The translations under genes and the position numbers were made by a program. A model generated the notes under the pieces. That model had not been told where the DNA came from. It worked only from the letters and a program-made list of their open reading frames with translations, and searched no databases. From positions 1-64,000 of the forward strand of contig OZ237769.1 of NCBI GenBank assembly GCA_965178125.1: 64,000 nt of DNA. The letters run 5' to 3'. Shown one piece after another: positions 51,234 to 62,831 of the stretch (position 1 is the first letter of the stretch; the number at the start of each line of letters is the position of its first letter). Origin of the DNA: Bilabrum cf. latius. Its lineage: Eukaryota.

Positions 51234-54200
51234 TCAAGTCTTGATGATAAAGTGCAGTAAGAGCGACGGGGGGGCTGTCCGCAGCTCAGTGTACGGGGCC
51301 GGATCCTGCTGGTAGGCGGTGATGTTGTAAGCCCTGTCCTACGAGATAGTTGTTGACTTTGTCTGGTCCCCATAATAACCCGCATGGCTCATTTTCGCGG
51401 TGGTCTTCGTCCGCCGGACCACTGAGGATGCTGGCACTACCTACCCCCTGAAATCATCCTTGGCAGCGCTGGGCAGGTCACTGACGCCCTGCGGCTCCTG
51501 CGTAATGAGGGACTCAAGGAGCACGGGCTTCGCGGAGCCATAGTTGCTGCTTGGGCTACCCCCTCTGATAATATCATAGGCTACTTGGATAGTCTGCACC
51601 TTGTGCTCATGGTACGGCAGGTGGGAGTGCTCGATCCTGCCTGAGAGGTGGTACCCGAGCTGATCCAGCGCGATCCCATCGATGGACCCTCCCTGGTCCA
51701 TCACTCCCGCTGGAAACCGACCCCGCAGATCCGGGATCTTAAATTGCGTGGCTAGTACCCCTGCTTCGCTCCTGTTGGTATACGTGTCCCCAATTACGGA
51801 CCACAGGGTGGGATACCCAGCTTTGGAAAGCACTCTCCCATCGCAGGGTAGCCACCCGATCGGGATGTTGGAGGGGACACGTACGTCAGACGAGTGCGTC
51901 ACGATGGTGCCAGATGGCACTGATTCACCAGAAGAACCACCGGATCCACCAGACGCTTGCACCTGCACCACCCCATCGCCACCCACGAGGCCGGTGCTGC
52001 CACCAGATGCCTCCGCATTCACCGATGCCTGCAGCACCGACATATATTCGGAACTGATGGCCCTGCCGATAAACAACGCCCCACCACCAACGCCATCCGC
52101 CTGCGTCACAACTCGTCCGTCACTAGGACGGGCAAAGTAGTTAGCGGATGGCACAAGCGACCTGTATGGGTGGCGCAGCATCCCGGACACCGCAATGGAC
52201 ACGGACTGCCCCCCGTTGCGCATCAGGGCCACGCCATTGATGGCGTCCTGAGGCAGCCTGGCGAAGCGGGTGATGCCCACGGGGAGCGGGCCCTCCTGCA
52301 GCAGGCCGACCTGGGCAAGCGCAGACTGATCGGACGAGCTGCGATGCAGGATTAACACCGAGTCCGCCGTCGATGGAGCCCCGGACAGCCCGATCCCAAT
52401 GGCCACGGTGCTCTCGCGGGCACTTCCCAGGATGGATGCACGGCCCAGCGCAATTTGTAACCGGCCGTCCGCAGTTGCCACAGCATCCCGGACCAGGGCA
52501 GACGCACTACCGTCGCGGTACACAATGGCGAACCGGCCCACCTTGCTGCACGAGCTGGTACCCGCACCAACTGCGCCAAATGCATGAAGATCCGAGCCGC
52601 ACGGGACCGTGCCCACAGAGACACGCAGGGCAGACGGCACGCTGGATCCAGAGTCCACCAGCACAGTTGGCCGGATGTTGACCTGCGGCACTGCATCATT
52701 GGTCACCGTGACGCCCATGACTAGCAGTGCCTGCCCCTGGTCAAAGTCCCGGTAGGCCATAATGATCTCTCCTTGTGACAACAGGCCCAGGTCCATGTGC
52801 TCGATCCTGCCGCTGCTAGACACGGGCCCGCTGGCTTTGGACACGGGCTGGCTGCCTGCTCTGCTGTCGAGCGTCAGCAGGTGGTATCTGGCCTCCTTGG
52901 TCCCTGCCTTCTGGTACACTGCAAAGAATGCCCCATCGAAAGGTGCCACGGCGTCCAGATACAGGCCGGACTGCCGTGGCTCGATAACGGTGGGGTTCGA
53001 GGGCGACTGCACCTGGGCAGTAATAGTGTCTGGCTGCATAGAGGCGGTCAATGCCACCACCACGCCGTCATCTCCATCCAGCAGTGACACCAGCAGCAGC
53101 ACGCGATGTGCAGATCCAGAGGCAGATGCAGGACCCGATGATGAGGGCTGGGACGCCACCACAGCGGCGACTGCCCCGTCCCGGACACCGTCCGTCCCCA
53201 TCCAGCTCGCGTCCATTTTCTCCCACGAGGCAGTCAGGGTGGCCGTCAGCGAGGGCTCGGATCCTGAAGCCTTGATGGTGGTGATAATCACGTCGCCCAC
53301 AGTGGCGTCGCCGCTGCCCAGATCGCCAGATGCCCCAATGTAGAGGCAGACGGCGGCATTGGCTGCCAGCGGGGCGCATGAGGTCGGGGCTGCCTGTGCC
53401 GCCACGGGAGCACCAGAGGGCGTGAGGGCGGCACTGCTGACCGCCAGCACACCATCCTATGTGGATACATTCACTCTGTTGACGTGAGCCCACAAAAGTG
53501 CCCCGCTGGCGACGGAAGTTTTTGAGTGGATCTCCAGCGCCACGGCGCCTTGCCCTGACCACACCGGGGCCAGCGACACGCGATCCAGGGCTGCATCCGT
53601 CAGCGCGTTCGAAGAGTCCTAGACGTCAATGCCGAACCCAGGAGAGACGTAGCCATCGAGACCAGCGCTTACCGCCGTCATGGGACCCACGGTGTTGGGC
53701 GTGTCGGGCGAGGCGGCGTTGGGGCGCAAAGGGACGGCGAGGGACAGGCCGGCGGAGGAGCCCATCACCTCCATGTCGCCATCCACCCGCAAAGATCCAG
53801 TCAACCCAAGCAGCGACCCCTTAAACGGTGTTGTGGGTGTGCTGAGCCCTGAAGCTGCGATGTACTCGCTGCCATCTGCCTGAGAGAGATTCAATGACGG
53901 CCCCAGCTGCAGCAAGTCAATTGCTTCTGCATTCTCCCCTAGTCGCTCGGAGCTGCCGTCAGCCTAGCCCCCCAAACGTAAAAATACGGACTTTTCTATG
54001 TGAAGACCCAGTTCAACCTGCTTGAGGGAAGCATCCTGGTCGTAGAGGAGGGCTGGTTGAGTCGGGGTGAAAACTTCCAGCCGTCTGGCCTCGGCCTGTA
54101 GCTCTACGTCATTCGCAAGCGAGCCGAGCGTAGCGCTCTTGGGTGAAGCGACATCATCAAGGAGGCACGAAGGTTTCAGTCTTGCTTGCAGCCTTCTGAC

Positions 54201-54338
54201 AGTTGCCTCTAGGGCTAGCATCCGTTCGCCGAGACGTGATACATCGAGGTGGACCCCGGCAAGCTCCGCCCTGGAACAGGTAGCGCAATGGAATACTGTA
54301 AACACTGCCAATAGTGCAATGCGGGCTTGAATCCGCAT
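51234..54338 (-). CDS. Secreted protein of about 1,034 aa with a C-terminal phage tail collar domain
   Basis: Signal peptide MRIQARIALLAVFTVFHCATCS; collar motif VPSGTIV...PIGWLPCDGRVLSKAGYPTLWSVIGDTY...FKIPDLRGRFPAG; family-typical end PPSLLLHFIIKT-TGA, reached only by reading through the TAGs (53964, 53619, 53457, 51441, 51339). Confidence 0.85.
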
Positions 54339-55160
54339 CGATAACCACTTCTGTTGGGAGTAGTCTAGGAGCGCGCGGAGAGCGCCGCTCCGGATCTCGG
54401 ATCTGCGTGGCCAAAATGTGATGCCTGCCTGGCACTGATTTTCGCACCATACACTTCCCCTCATTCGTACGCTGAAATAATTTTTAGGCGAAAGTCATAA
54501 CAGATGGCTTCCGGCGATTCCATGGGAGAGTCGATTGCTGAGCTCGCATCTCAACTTCGAGTGCTGGAGCAGGCTGTCGAAGGTGCTACGTCGGCCCACA
54601 TCAAGTTGCGGACTATCGGCTCCATATCTTCGAACATGTACGGAACGATTTACTAGATATGCGCCTTTTTGTCGCCTGTACTAGCTATTGGCAGGCCTGC
54701 TTGCCGATTCTGAGTTGTCTGCTTTGAACTCGCAGATTCCACTCAACAGACGAAAGAGGGCACAACCAAACAGAAAATACCCAGCGGTCAGGCAAATCAG
54801 TGTAGTCAAGTCGTGGTGGAAGCTGAAAGATATTATACCGCGAGCATTTGATGGGCGCAGCAGGAATATACGTTTTTGAATTGTATACTTGATCGACTGC
54901 CTTTGCTTGAAATCATTATGAGACAGTCACTTACATCTAAACTAGCGTGCTTATAACATTGTATTATTTGGTGGCCAGTCGTGTAGAGCGCTTCAATGCG
55001 ATGCAAGCCTTGCTCTTGAATTTGCCCCAGCGCCCTGGCATTCTTTGTGTGGTACTGCAAGCATAAAAGCGCGCGTGCATTCGCCAATCTGCAACATAAA
55101 TCTCGAATAGCAAGATATCACTCCTTTGTACTCGACACACGCCTTTGTTGACGGATTTCG

Positions 55161-55889
55161 ATGGCGCTGAGGCATTTTGCTGTCGGCGTAGGGAGATACT
55201 CGCAATTGTGGCAACGCCGAACATTCTCGATACCAAGCAATTGGGGCAGTCGGTAGCCGAAGGCATTAAATAATACGTTGGGTCGCAGCGCCGGGAAGGC
55301 TGGCGACGCCCGTCACATACATGGCTTGAAACAGGCCAACAAGTAGCAAGTCAGGCTGCTGTCACTATCCATTTGTACGAGCAAAGTACAGCCCGTTTCG
55401 ACAAGCAGTGCATCTAATCGGCAGAGTTCTGACACCCCGAGTGCACCTGATGCGTCAGAGAGCCGTGAGCAGTCGCAGCTGCAGGCGGCGACAACCAAGC
55501 CACAAGAACCGCAATTGAATGGCTTGCTGGCTGATCGCGATTAGAAAGGCACTTTGGATAATAGAGCCCTTCGGCATGACGATAAACTCTCTGTCGGGGT
55601 GGGATAGGGTGTACTGGAGGGGGCACGGCATGTGGAGGCGAACAGCGGGCAGCGGATGGTGCCTGCGTGGCTGTGTGTGGCCTGGTGCGTGCTGAGCTTT
55701 GCGGTGGGAGGCTGGTTCGGGTACGGGGAGGGGGAGAGAGACACGAAGGCCAAGGCGGGGCGCCTGGTTAGGCACTTGCTCAGGCAGATCCAGGCAGGTG
55801 AGGAGCAAGCTGGGGACCCCATGGCGAGGGAGGAGGCAAGGAGCCAGCAAAGCACTCCCCAGCAAGCTGCCAGCGCCAATTCGCAATAA
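55161..55889 (+). CDS. Hypothetical 242-aa protein with a mitochondrial-presequence-like N-terminus and a C-terminal TM helix
   Basis: MALRHFAVGVGRYSQLWQRRTFS...; 4 in-frame TAGs; TM VPAWLCVAWCVLSFAVGGWFGY; ends at TAA. Confidence 0.55.
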
Positions 55890-56425
55890 GACCAAGTGAC
55901 GTGCAGTTGATATTGTCGCTGCTGGTATCCAACCGGCACCGCAAGGCCAATATTCCATTCGCTATGTACAACCGCTCGGCGCGTGCATAGGGGTGCAGAA
56001 GCTTGGGCATGAGTGCAGCACGTGATGGGACTGGAGCAGGTGGCTTGTTGAACGTTCGAATCGATGGTATACATACTGGGTATGTAAGCCCGGAAGCACC
56101 TGCGACAATGGGCACTGGGCTGTCGGCTGCAGGTAGGTGCCTCTTCGAGTCGGCGTGCCGCTGACCTGTCCCGCCAGGCCCTCCTTTGTCTCGGCCACCA
56201 CCGGCAGCAACCGCCCATCTGTGCCCATCGAATTGCCCCTCGTCTCAACTCATAAACCCCTTATACAGGCGCAGTGCTTGCATGGGGACAGCATCATCAA
56301 CACGCGAAGCCGCGTCCGCTTTGCGCTTGCAATAAATGAAGATGATGATTCTCGGAAGCAAACACGTGGATCCTCTCCAGTTGGTTTTGCCTTGCTTGTC
56401 TGGTGTATTCTTGAACAACACGGCC

Positions 56426-57958
56426 ATGCGGTCCAATCTTATCACCATTGTTGCCCTTGCGGGGCTGCTTGGGGTCACAAATGCCCTGTATGGGTCAAGA
56501 GATGATGTCCAGTCTGTGTCTGGAGCCAAAGACTTCAGGGAGAAGGTCGTGAAGTCGCCGTCCGTTTCGATTGTAGAATTTTATGCCCCCGTGAGTCGAC
56601 TTTACACTTCTTTGTATGCATAGTTGGTATCGGAAGCTCCTCGCAAAGCCCATGTGTGTGCGATCCGCGCATGCCAGCTGGATGCGACTGGTGCCAGTAT
56701 ATCTCGTACGTTAATTGTGCTTCCTTAATCTGGCACATACTTGGTATCACAGTGGTGTGGACATTGCAAGAACGCGGCACCAGAAGTAAAGAAGGCGGCG
56801 AAGGCTTTGAAGGGCGTGGCCAACGTTGTGGCCGTCGATGCCACCGCCAAGGAGAACGAGAGACTGGCTGCAGAGCATGGCGTGCAGGGGTTCCCCACAT
56901 TCCTTGTTTTCGATGGGAGCGGCAAGTCAAAAGGAAAGCCTTACAACGGGGGCAGGTCGGCCAAGGACATCGCTCAGGCAGCCGTGCAAGAGGCGAAGCG
57001 TGCCGTGCAGGCTCGTCTGGGCGGGAAGGCGAAGGCATCGTCTGGTGGGAGCAAGTCCAAGAAGTCCTCCTCGGGTGGGGGCGGCGGTGGGAACCGTCGC
57101 AGCAGCAGCGAGCCCGGCGGGGGCCGGCATGTGGTCACGCTGACGGACTCCAACTTTGACGACCTGGTCATGGGCTCGGACGACCAGTGGATGGTGGAGT
57201 TCTACGCGCCCTGGTGCGGGCACTGCAAGAGCCTGTCCCCCGAGTGGGCCCAGATGGCAGAGGACGTGGAGGGCGAGGTCAAGGTGGGCGCGGTGGACGC
57301 CACGCAGGCGCAGGCGCTGGCACAGAGGTTCGGGGTGAGGGGCTATCCCACCATCAAGATGTTCCCTGCCGGGGCTGGCAAGTCGGATGGCAGCGCAGTG
57401 GACTACAACGGGCCCCGGGAGGCCGCCGGCATGACCCAGTGGGCCCTGCAGCAGCTGGAGAAATCGGGGGGAGGAGGCGCCCCCGTCACCGAGCTGGTGT
57501 CTGACGATGTGCTCCGGTCCAAGTGCAAGGGCAAGAAGATCTGCGTGGTGGCCTTCCTGCCGCACATCCTGGACGACGGCAAGAAGGGCAGAGAGGCGAG
57601 CCTTGCCATGCTGGAGGCCACCGCCAAGGCCCAGCGCAAGAGCCCCGTGCGCTTCCTGTGGACCTCTGCGGGGCAGCACCCCGAGCTGGAGCAGGCTCTG
57701 GGAGTGTCCATGTACCCGGCGGCAGCTGCCGTCAACCTGGCCAAGGGTGCCGGTGCACTGCATGTGGGCACCTTCGACGAGCGAGGCATCGGGTCCTTCG
57801 TGACGGGTGTCATGACAGGCAGGGCACGCACGTCCCCCGCCAAGATCCCCTCGCTCAAGGCCGTGAACCCCTGGGATGGGAAGGAGGGAAAGGCCCCCGC
57901 CATGGACGAGGAGGAGGACGACTTCGACCTCCAGGCCTTCCTCAGCGACGAGGAGTGA
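56426..57958 (+). CDS. PDIA6: Protein disulfide-isomerase, PDIA6/P5 type (a-a-b); intron 56591-56752
   Basis: Signal peptide MRSNLITIVALAGLLGVTNA; VEFYAP|WCGHCK split by a GTGAGT...CAG intron; second EFYAPWCGHCK; P5-type ICVVAFLPHILD and PWDGKEG; ends at TGA. Confidence 0.92.
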
Positions 57959-58150
57959 GCAAAGTGATGTTCGTGGGGAGAGGCAGGTCTCGCATAGACT
58001 ACGGCAGAGGGTATTCGGATAATAGACTACGTGGGGTTCTGGAACTCGGGCTGGCCTTGTACGGCAGGTGTTGCATTGCTTGGGGAACACTGTCGCGTCA
58101 TCTGGCTTGGCGGATCTGTGGTCTTGGTAGTGCACCTACACGATTCAAAA

Positions 58151-60994
58151 TCATTCGATTATATCCTCTAGTTCACCACCCACCACGCTTGCGACCCCTT
58201 CTGACTCCGAGTCACTCGCGAGATCGATGAGCTCTTCTCCCACATCTGCGCTGCCCCGGCTACTCCCTGCGCTGGGGTGGTTGCCACCTCCCGCACTTGC
58301 ATGCAGCTGTCGCAGGAGCCGGCCGATGCGGCCCCCGGCAGCGGGACTCCTTGGAGACCTGGCACCTGCGCCAGCACCCCCGTCCACGACTGCGCCGCCC
58401 CCCTCCCCGCCTGCATCACTGCCCTGGCTCTGACTCAGCAAGTCGACAACGTGCGAGCTGCCAGAGCCAGCGCCTTCTTTGGAACCTTGTGCTGCGCTGC
58501 TAGACGAAGACGAAGACGACGATGACGAAGCTGCCCATCGCTATAGCAGTGATGCCCCACTAGACCCTTGCTAGCTGTGGCTGCCTGCTGCCCCCGTGCC
58601 ACTGTGCCGCTGCTTTGCCAGGATACCACCCAGCCCGGGCATGCGAGGACCCGACACAGATCCGGGGGCAGCACCAGCAGGCGCATCCACGCCCTCGCCC
58701 GACTTGTTGACCGGCTGCATGAAGGTCTCGATGCCCGCCGTGCCCCCAGGGGCCTCGTCCTCGAACTGCAGCTCCGACATCTTGACGCCCATCAGCCGAA
58801 GCCGCAGACCTGCAGCAGCAGGCGTCTGGCCCGCAGACCCCCGACTCTTGGCGACCTCCACGTCGATCTCTTTGTCCAACAGGCGCCGCGCCGCAAGATA
58901 CATCGTGCGCGCATCGTTCGTGTGAGCGGGCAGCTGCACCTACCGCTGCCGCTGCGCAAAATTGGCCCCTTTCAGTTTGATCGTGAGCACGCGACCTCTG
59001 AATGCAAGCCGAGGACCCTGATCCTCAGGGCTGTCAGCGCTCCCGAAGCCCCCCGGGGCCGCAGAAGCCGCACCGGTGGGCAGAAATAGTCGGCTCGTGA
59101 CACTACCATGATCCGAAGCACTAGGCACTGCAGCAGGCGCCTCATCCTATGCGCTTGCCTCGCGACCACTGGAAGGACTATAGCTGGTGTCTTCTGCCCG
59201 GCGCTTCTTTGTGCTTTCACTCGCGCTTATGGCCTTATCTGCGCTGCGGCCCCGCTTCTACCCGACTGCAGCATCGCTTGAGTATCTGCGGCTTGACGTG
59301 GATGCTGGCCCGAAGGCAGCAGCAATTGGCTCAGGACCTTTGCCTGCCTTGCCTTTCAAACCGTCGGTCTGCTGTAAACCCTCCATGCCGTTCTCATAGC
59401 CCCTTGCCTCTGCCAATTTGCCCATACCGTCGCCAATCGCTGGATTCTCTTGCACTCCCTGCGCCTGATCCTGGCCGTGGGTCTCCTTCCTCCCCTGCAT
59501 CTGCGCCGCCAGCGAATGGATGAGCCCGCGCAAGATCACCCGCAGAGCATCGGGCCGTCCCTCGGCTCGGAAGGTCCTCTCCATGCTGATGCTCTTGCGC
59601 CGGCTCTCCTCATCGTCTCGCTCTGCATCGGCCACACCGATCGACCGCCGGGCCAGCGACTCCCGCATGGCCGGCTTCAGCACGCCCCACAAGCGCGGCA
59701 GCTCGCGCTCAAGGTCCTACACAGTGCGCACCCCCTGGCACTCCAGCATCTTCTCCGTCACCCTCCCCACGAAAGGCACCTCGCGGACCCTCTTGCCCTG
59801 CACCCACTGCTTGGATCCTCTCGCGCTGAACGGCACCACGAACTGACCGTCCGGCTTGTTCTCTTCGCTCGCCATCTTGGCAAGCATCGGATTGGGGCCT
59901 GCACCCGCGCTGCACGTCAGGCCAGTCGCTGCCTCCACCCGCCTCCGAATGTCAAGCACCACGGCCCCGATGCGGCGCTCAACGGGCAGCGACGGATCCT
60001 AGGCATCGTGCAGGCGGGGGAGCTCCTCCTCCCTGCGCTGGATCTCAGCAGGCGAGAGAGATGCCAGCGCGGCTCTTCTCGCCGCATCCGCCCCTGAGGG
60101 CGAGCCACTGGTCTCGCCTGGCTTACGGACAGCAGCTGTCTGATCAGAGGCAACCGTAGATCCAGCTTTGACAAGATCACCAGATTGCCCCGTAGATTGC
60201 CCACCAGCAGCAGCGGAAGAAGCGGCAAAGGAAGCAACTGCAGCAGAAGATGTATCGTCATCGTTAGACTGTGGGCCTGCGGCTACTATCGCAGCAGCTT
60301 GATTAGCTGGTGCATCGCATGACGGCGCCTCCGCCGCTCCTGGCATCGACACACCCGTCCGTATGCCCAGCCTCGCGCAGTGCTCGGTGATGTCGAGGTA
60401 AGCCTCGTCCAGGGAGGCAGCCCGCATGCCGGGGTCAAACTACCGATACACTGCCTTGCAGGCTTCAGAAGCCTTGCGGTACTCGTCGAAATCGCTGCGC
60501 ACGAAGACGAGGCTGGGACACAGCCGCTTGGCGATAAAGCCTGGCATTGCTGACCGCACACCAAACTTGCGCGCCGAGTAGGACGCTGTGCTGATCATTG
60601 ACATGCCTCCCACAGCCAAGGGTAGCTTCTCTAGCTTTGGATTATTCCGAATAGCTACTGCGGCAAAGAATTGATCCATGTCAACAACTACCCAGATTCG
60701 ATCCAACCGTCTGCTTGATTCAAGATGCTACATAGTCTTCCTGGCCTAAGCTGCGTGACCCTAAGCTTCATGCCGGGGCATGCGTCTAAGACTATCGTTC
60801 ATCTTTGCGATCGATGCTTCGGTTGATCTGTCCTTCCGTCTTTGCTCATCCCAGTACGAGGATCCCCTTGATGCCTGTTCAATAACTTTGGCTACATGAG
60901 CTTTGTTGACCCCTTCCATACCAGCTTTTTTGTGTGCAAATGGAACTAGGTGAGCTGCGCGTCCATCCTCAGACTTGGTGGCGCTTGCGCGCAT
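58151..60994 (-). CDS. POLK: DNA polymerase kappa (Y-family, DinB-like), 947 aa with TAG read as Gln
   Basis: N-clasp KAGMEGVNKAHVAKVIEQASRGS; VVDMDQFFAAV; STASYSARKFGVRSAMPGFIAKRLCP; SLDEAYLD; GLTCSAG...LAKMAS..NKPDGQF; little finger RKSISMERTF. Single frame with 11 TAGs, ending at TGA. Confidence 0.93.
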
Positions 60995-61284
60995 ATTGTG
61001 GATTTCTAATTCAAAACAGAGGTCTTTCTTGTGATCAACCGCGAGGATATGCACCGGCAAGGGTTCTGTGCATCACAAAACCTATGTATCATACGTCGTA
61101 CTCCAAGAATAGCGGTCCATTCCCTCGGGGCTCCGCAGGAGAGAGACAGAGTGATAGAGAGAATGGCAGAGCAAGGTCCCAGCGAAAATTTTCCGGTTTG
61201 TAGCGTTTAGTTTCACTCAAAATCAGATATCAATAGAACGGTCATGAAACTCCAAGGGGCAACTAACCCTGCGATAAGACAACC

Positions 61285-62732
61285 ATGGCGGGTGCGGAGC
61301 CAAGCATGAGCTCTGTAAGTATCAACTACCCAGGCAGCCTGGGTGTGTGTCGCGAAGCTCAGTATTCAAGCTCCTGGTGCTGTTGCACAAGACTGCCATG
61401 TGCAACTCGAGCTGGTATCGCATGTAGCACTGCCGTATCTGCACTACCCCTCGCTTTTCTTGCAGGATCCGTCTTCAAAACATTTCCGTAGCCGACTGCT
61501 AGCGGCCAAGGAGGCGAGGAAGCTCGCCGAACAAGACGCACAGCTGCTTGCCAACAGGATTGCCCTACTTAAAGCTGAGGAGGAAAGAGCTTGGAAAAAG
61601 ATAGACCAGACCAAGAAAAAGTGAGATCAGTGCTCATTTGCCGTGTAGCATTGGTGCTTCGCAGAGGCAAAAAGTGTGCGCCTGTGACTCCTGGTCTTTG
61701 ATGGTCCTTGCCACAAACCGCGCCGCCATTCGCAGAGCCGGTGAGATTCTTACGTTGCGCAAGGAAAATGAGGAACGATAGGCCGAATAGCGAAGACGGG
61801 CTGCCCTGCAGCGTGAGGCAGACGAGGCTGCTGCCCGGTCGCGAAGAAGTCCGGTGCGAGCCGGCAAGAGCGGCAAGGCCGGGTCCAGGGCGGGGACAGC
61901 GGGGCGCGCCGGGCTTGGAGCCACTGGGAGCAGTTCGGCCGGGACTCGATCCAGGCGGTCGTTGGGCGCCACGGGTGCGGCTGGTGGCCGCGCAGACGCC
62001 GCCGCGGCCAAACGCAAGGCTGTGCAGAAGATGAAGAAGGAGAAGCTGGCCCTCAAGAAGGAGATCGAGAGGGCGAGGGAGGAGGACAGGAAGAGGGCCG
62101 CGGCGGCCAAGGCCAAGATCAGGGCCGAGCAGGAGGCGGCCCGTCGCCGCCGCGAGGAGAAGGCCCGCGAGGAGGCGCGGAGGAGGAAGGAGGCATACGA
62201 GGCAAAGGTCAAGGAGGAGGAGAAGGCCAGGCAGGCCACAGAGGGGAAGGTGGGCGAGCTGGAGAGGCTCGAGATGGAGCTCATAGAGAGGCTCAGATCC
62301 ACTCAGATGCTGCAGCAGCGCGCATATTCGGAGCTAGAAACAGCCCTGGGGGGCACTGCAGCCATGGCTGCCGGGATCACCCCGGGGCAGGGGCATGGAC
62401 AGGGGCAGGGGGCAGGGGCTGGCAGCCCAGCAGGCGAAAGGGGGCCGGGCAGCGCCCGCAGTTCCCCGGGGCGTGGTGCGCCCGTGGATGGGTCTGTGGA
62501 GGGGGGCTCCCGGGCCCCGGCGCACGAGGGCCCTAGCTCGGGGGCGGCGGGGTTTGCGCCTGCCGCAGGTGGGTCCAGCGCTAGGTCCGGCGGCGGGGGA
62601 AGGGGCAGGGGCAGGGGCAGTGGCAGTGGCAGGGGCAGGGGCAGGGCTGGTGGGTCTGCTACGAGGAGGGGTGCCAGTGGTCGAGGGAGGGTTCGATCGA
62701 CTGGGTCAGCGGGGAGGAGGAGGGTCGGGTGA
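61285..62732 (+). CDS. Coiled-coil protein of an uncharacterised protist family; introns 61315-61465 and 61621-61735
   Basis: Spliced frame DAQLLANRIALLKAEEERAWKKIDQTKKK|AGEIL...LERLEMELIERLRSTQMLQQRAYSELE; GT-AG junctions; 2 TAGs; ends TGA TGA. Confidence 0.75.
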
Positions 62733-62831
62733 TGATTGAAACTTGCGCATCGCACCTTGTCGAAATGCAGATCGGATTCTAGCTCGCATTGCACTGCCAG
62801 CGTGGGTCGATCGAGCAAAAAAGTCTAGGCC

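Noticed and set aside
54504-55100. Possible small spliced gene starting MASGDSMGESIAELASQLRVLEQAV
   Set aside because: I could not build a consistent exon structure or recognise a family, so it is left uncalled.
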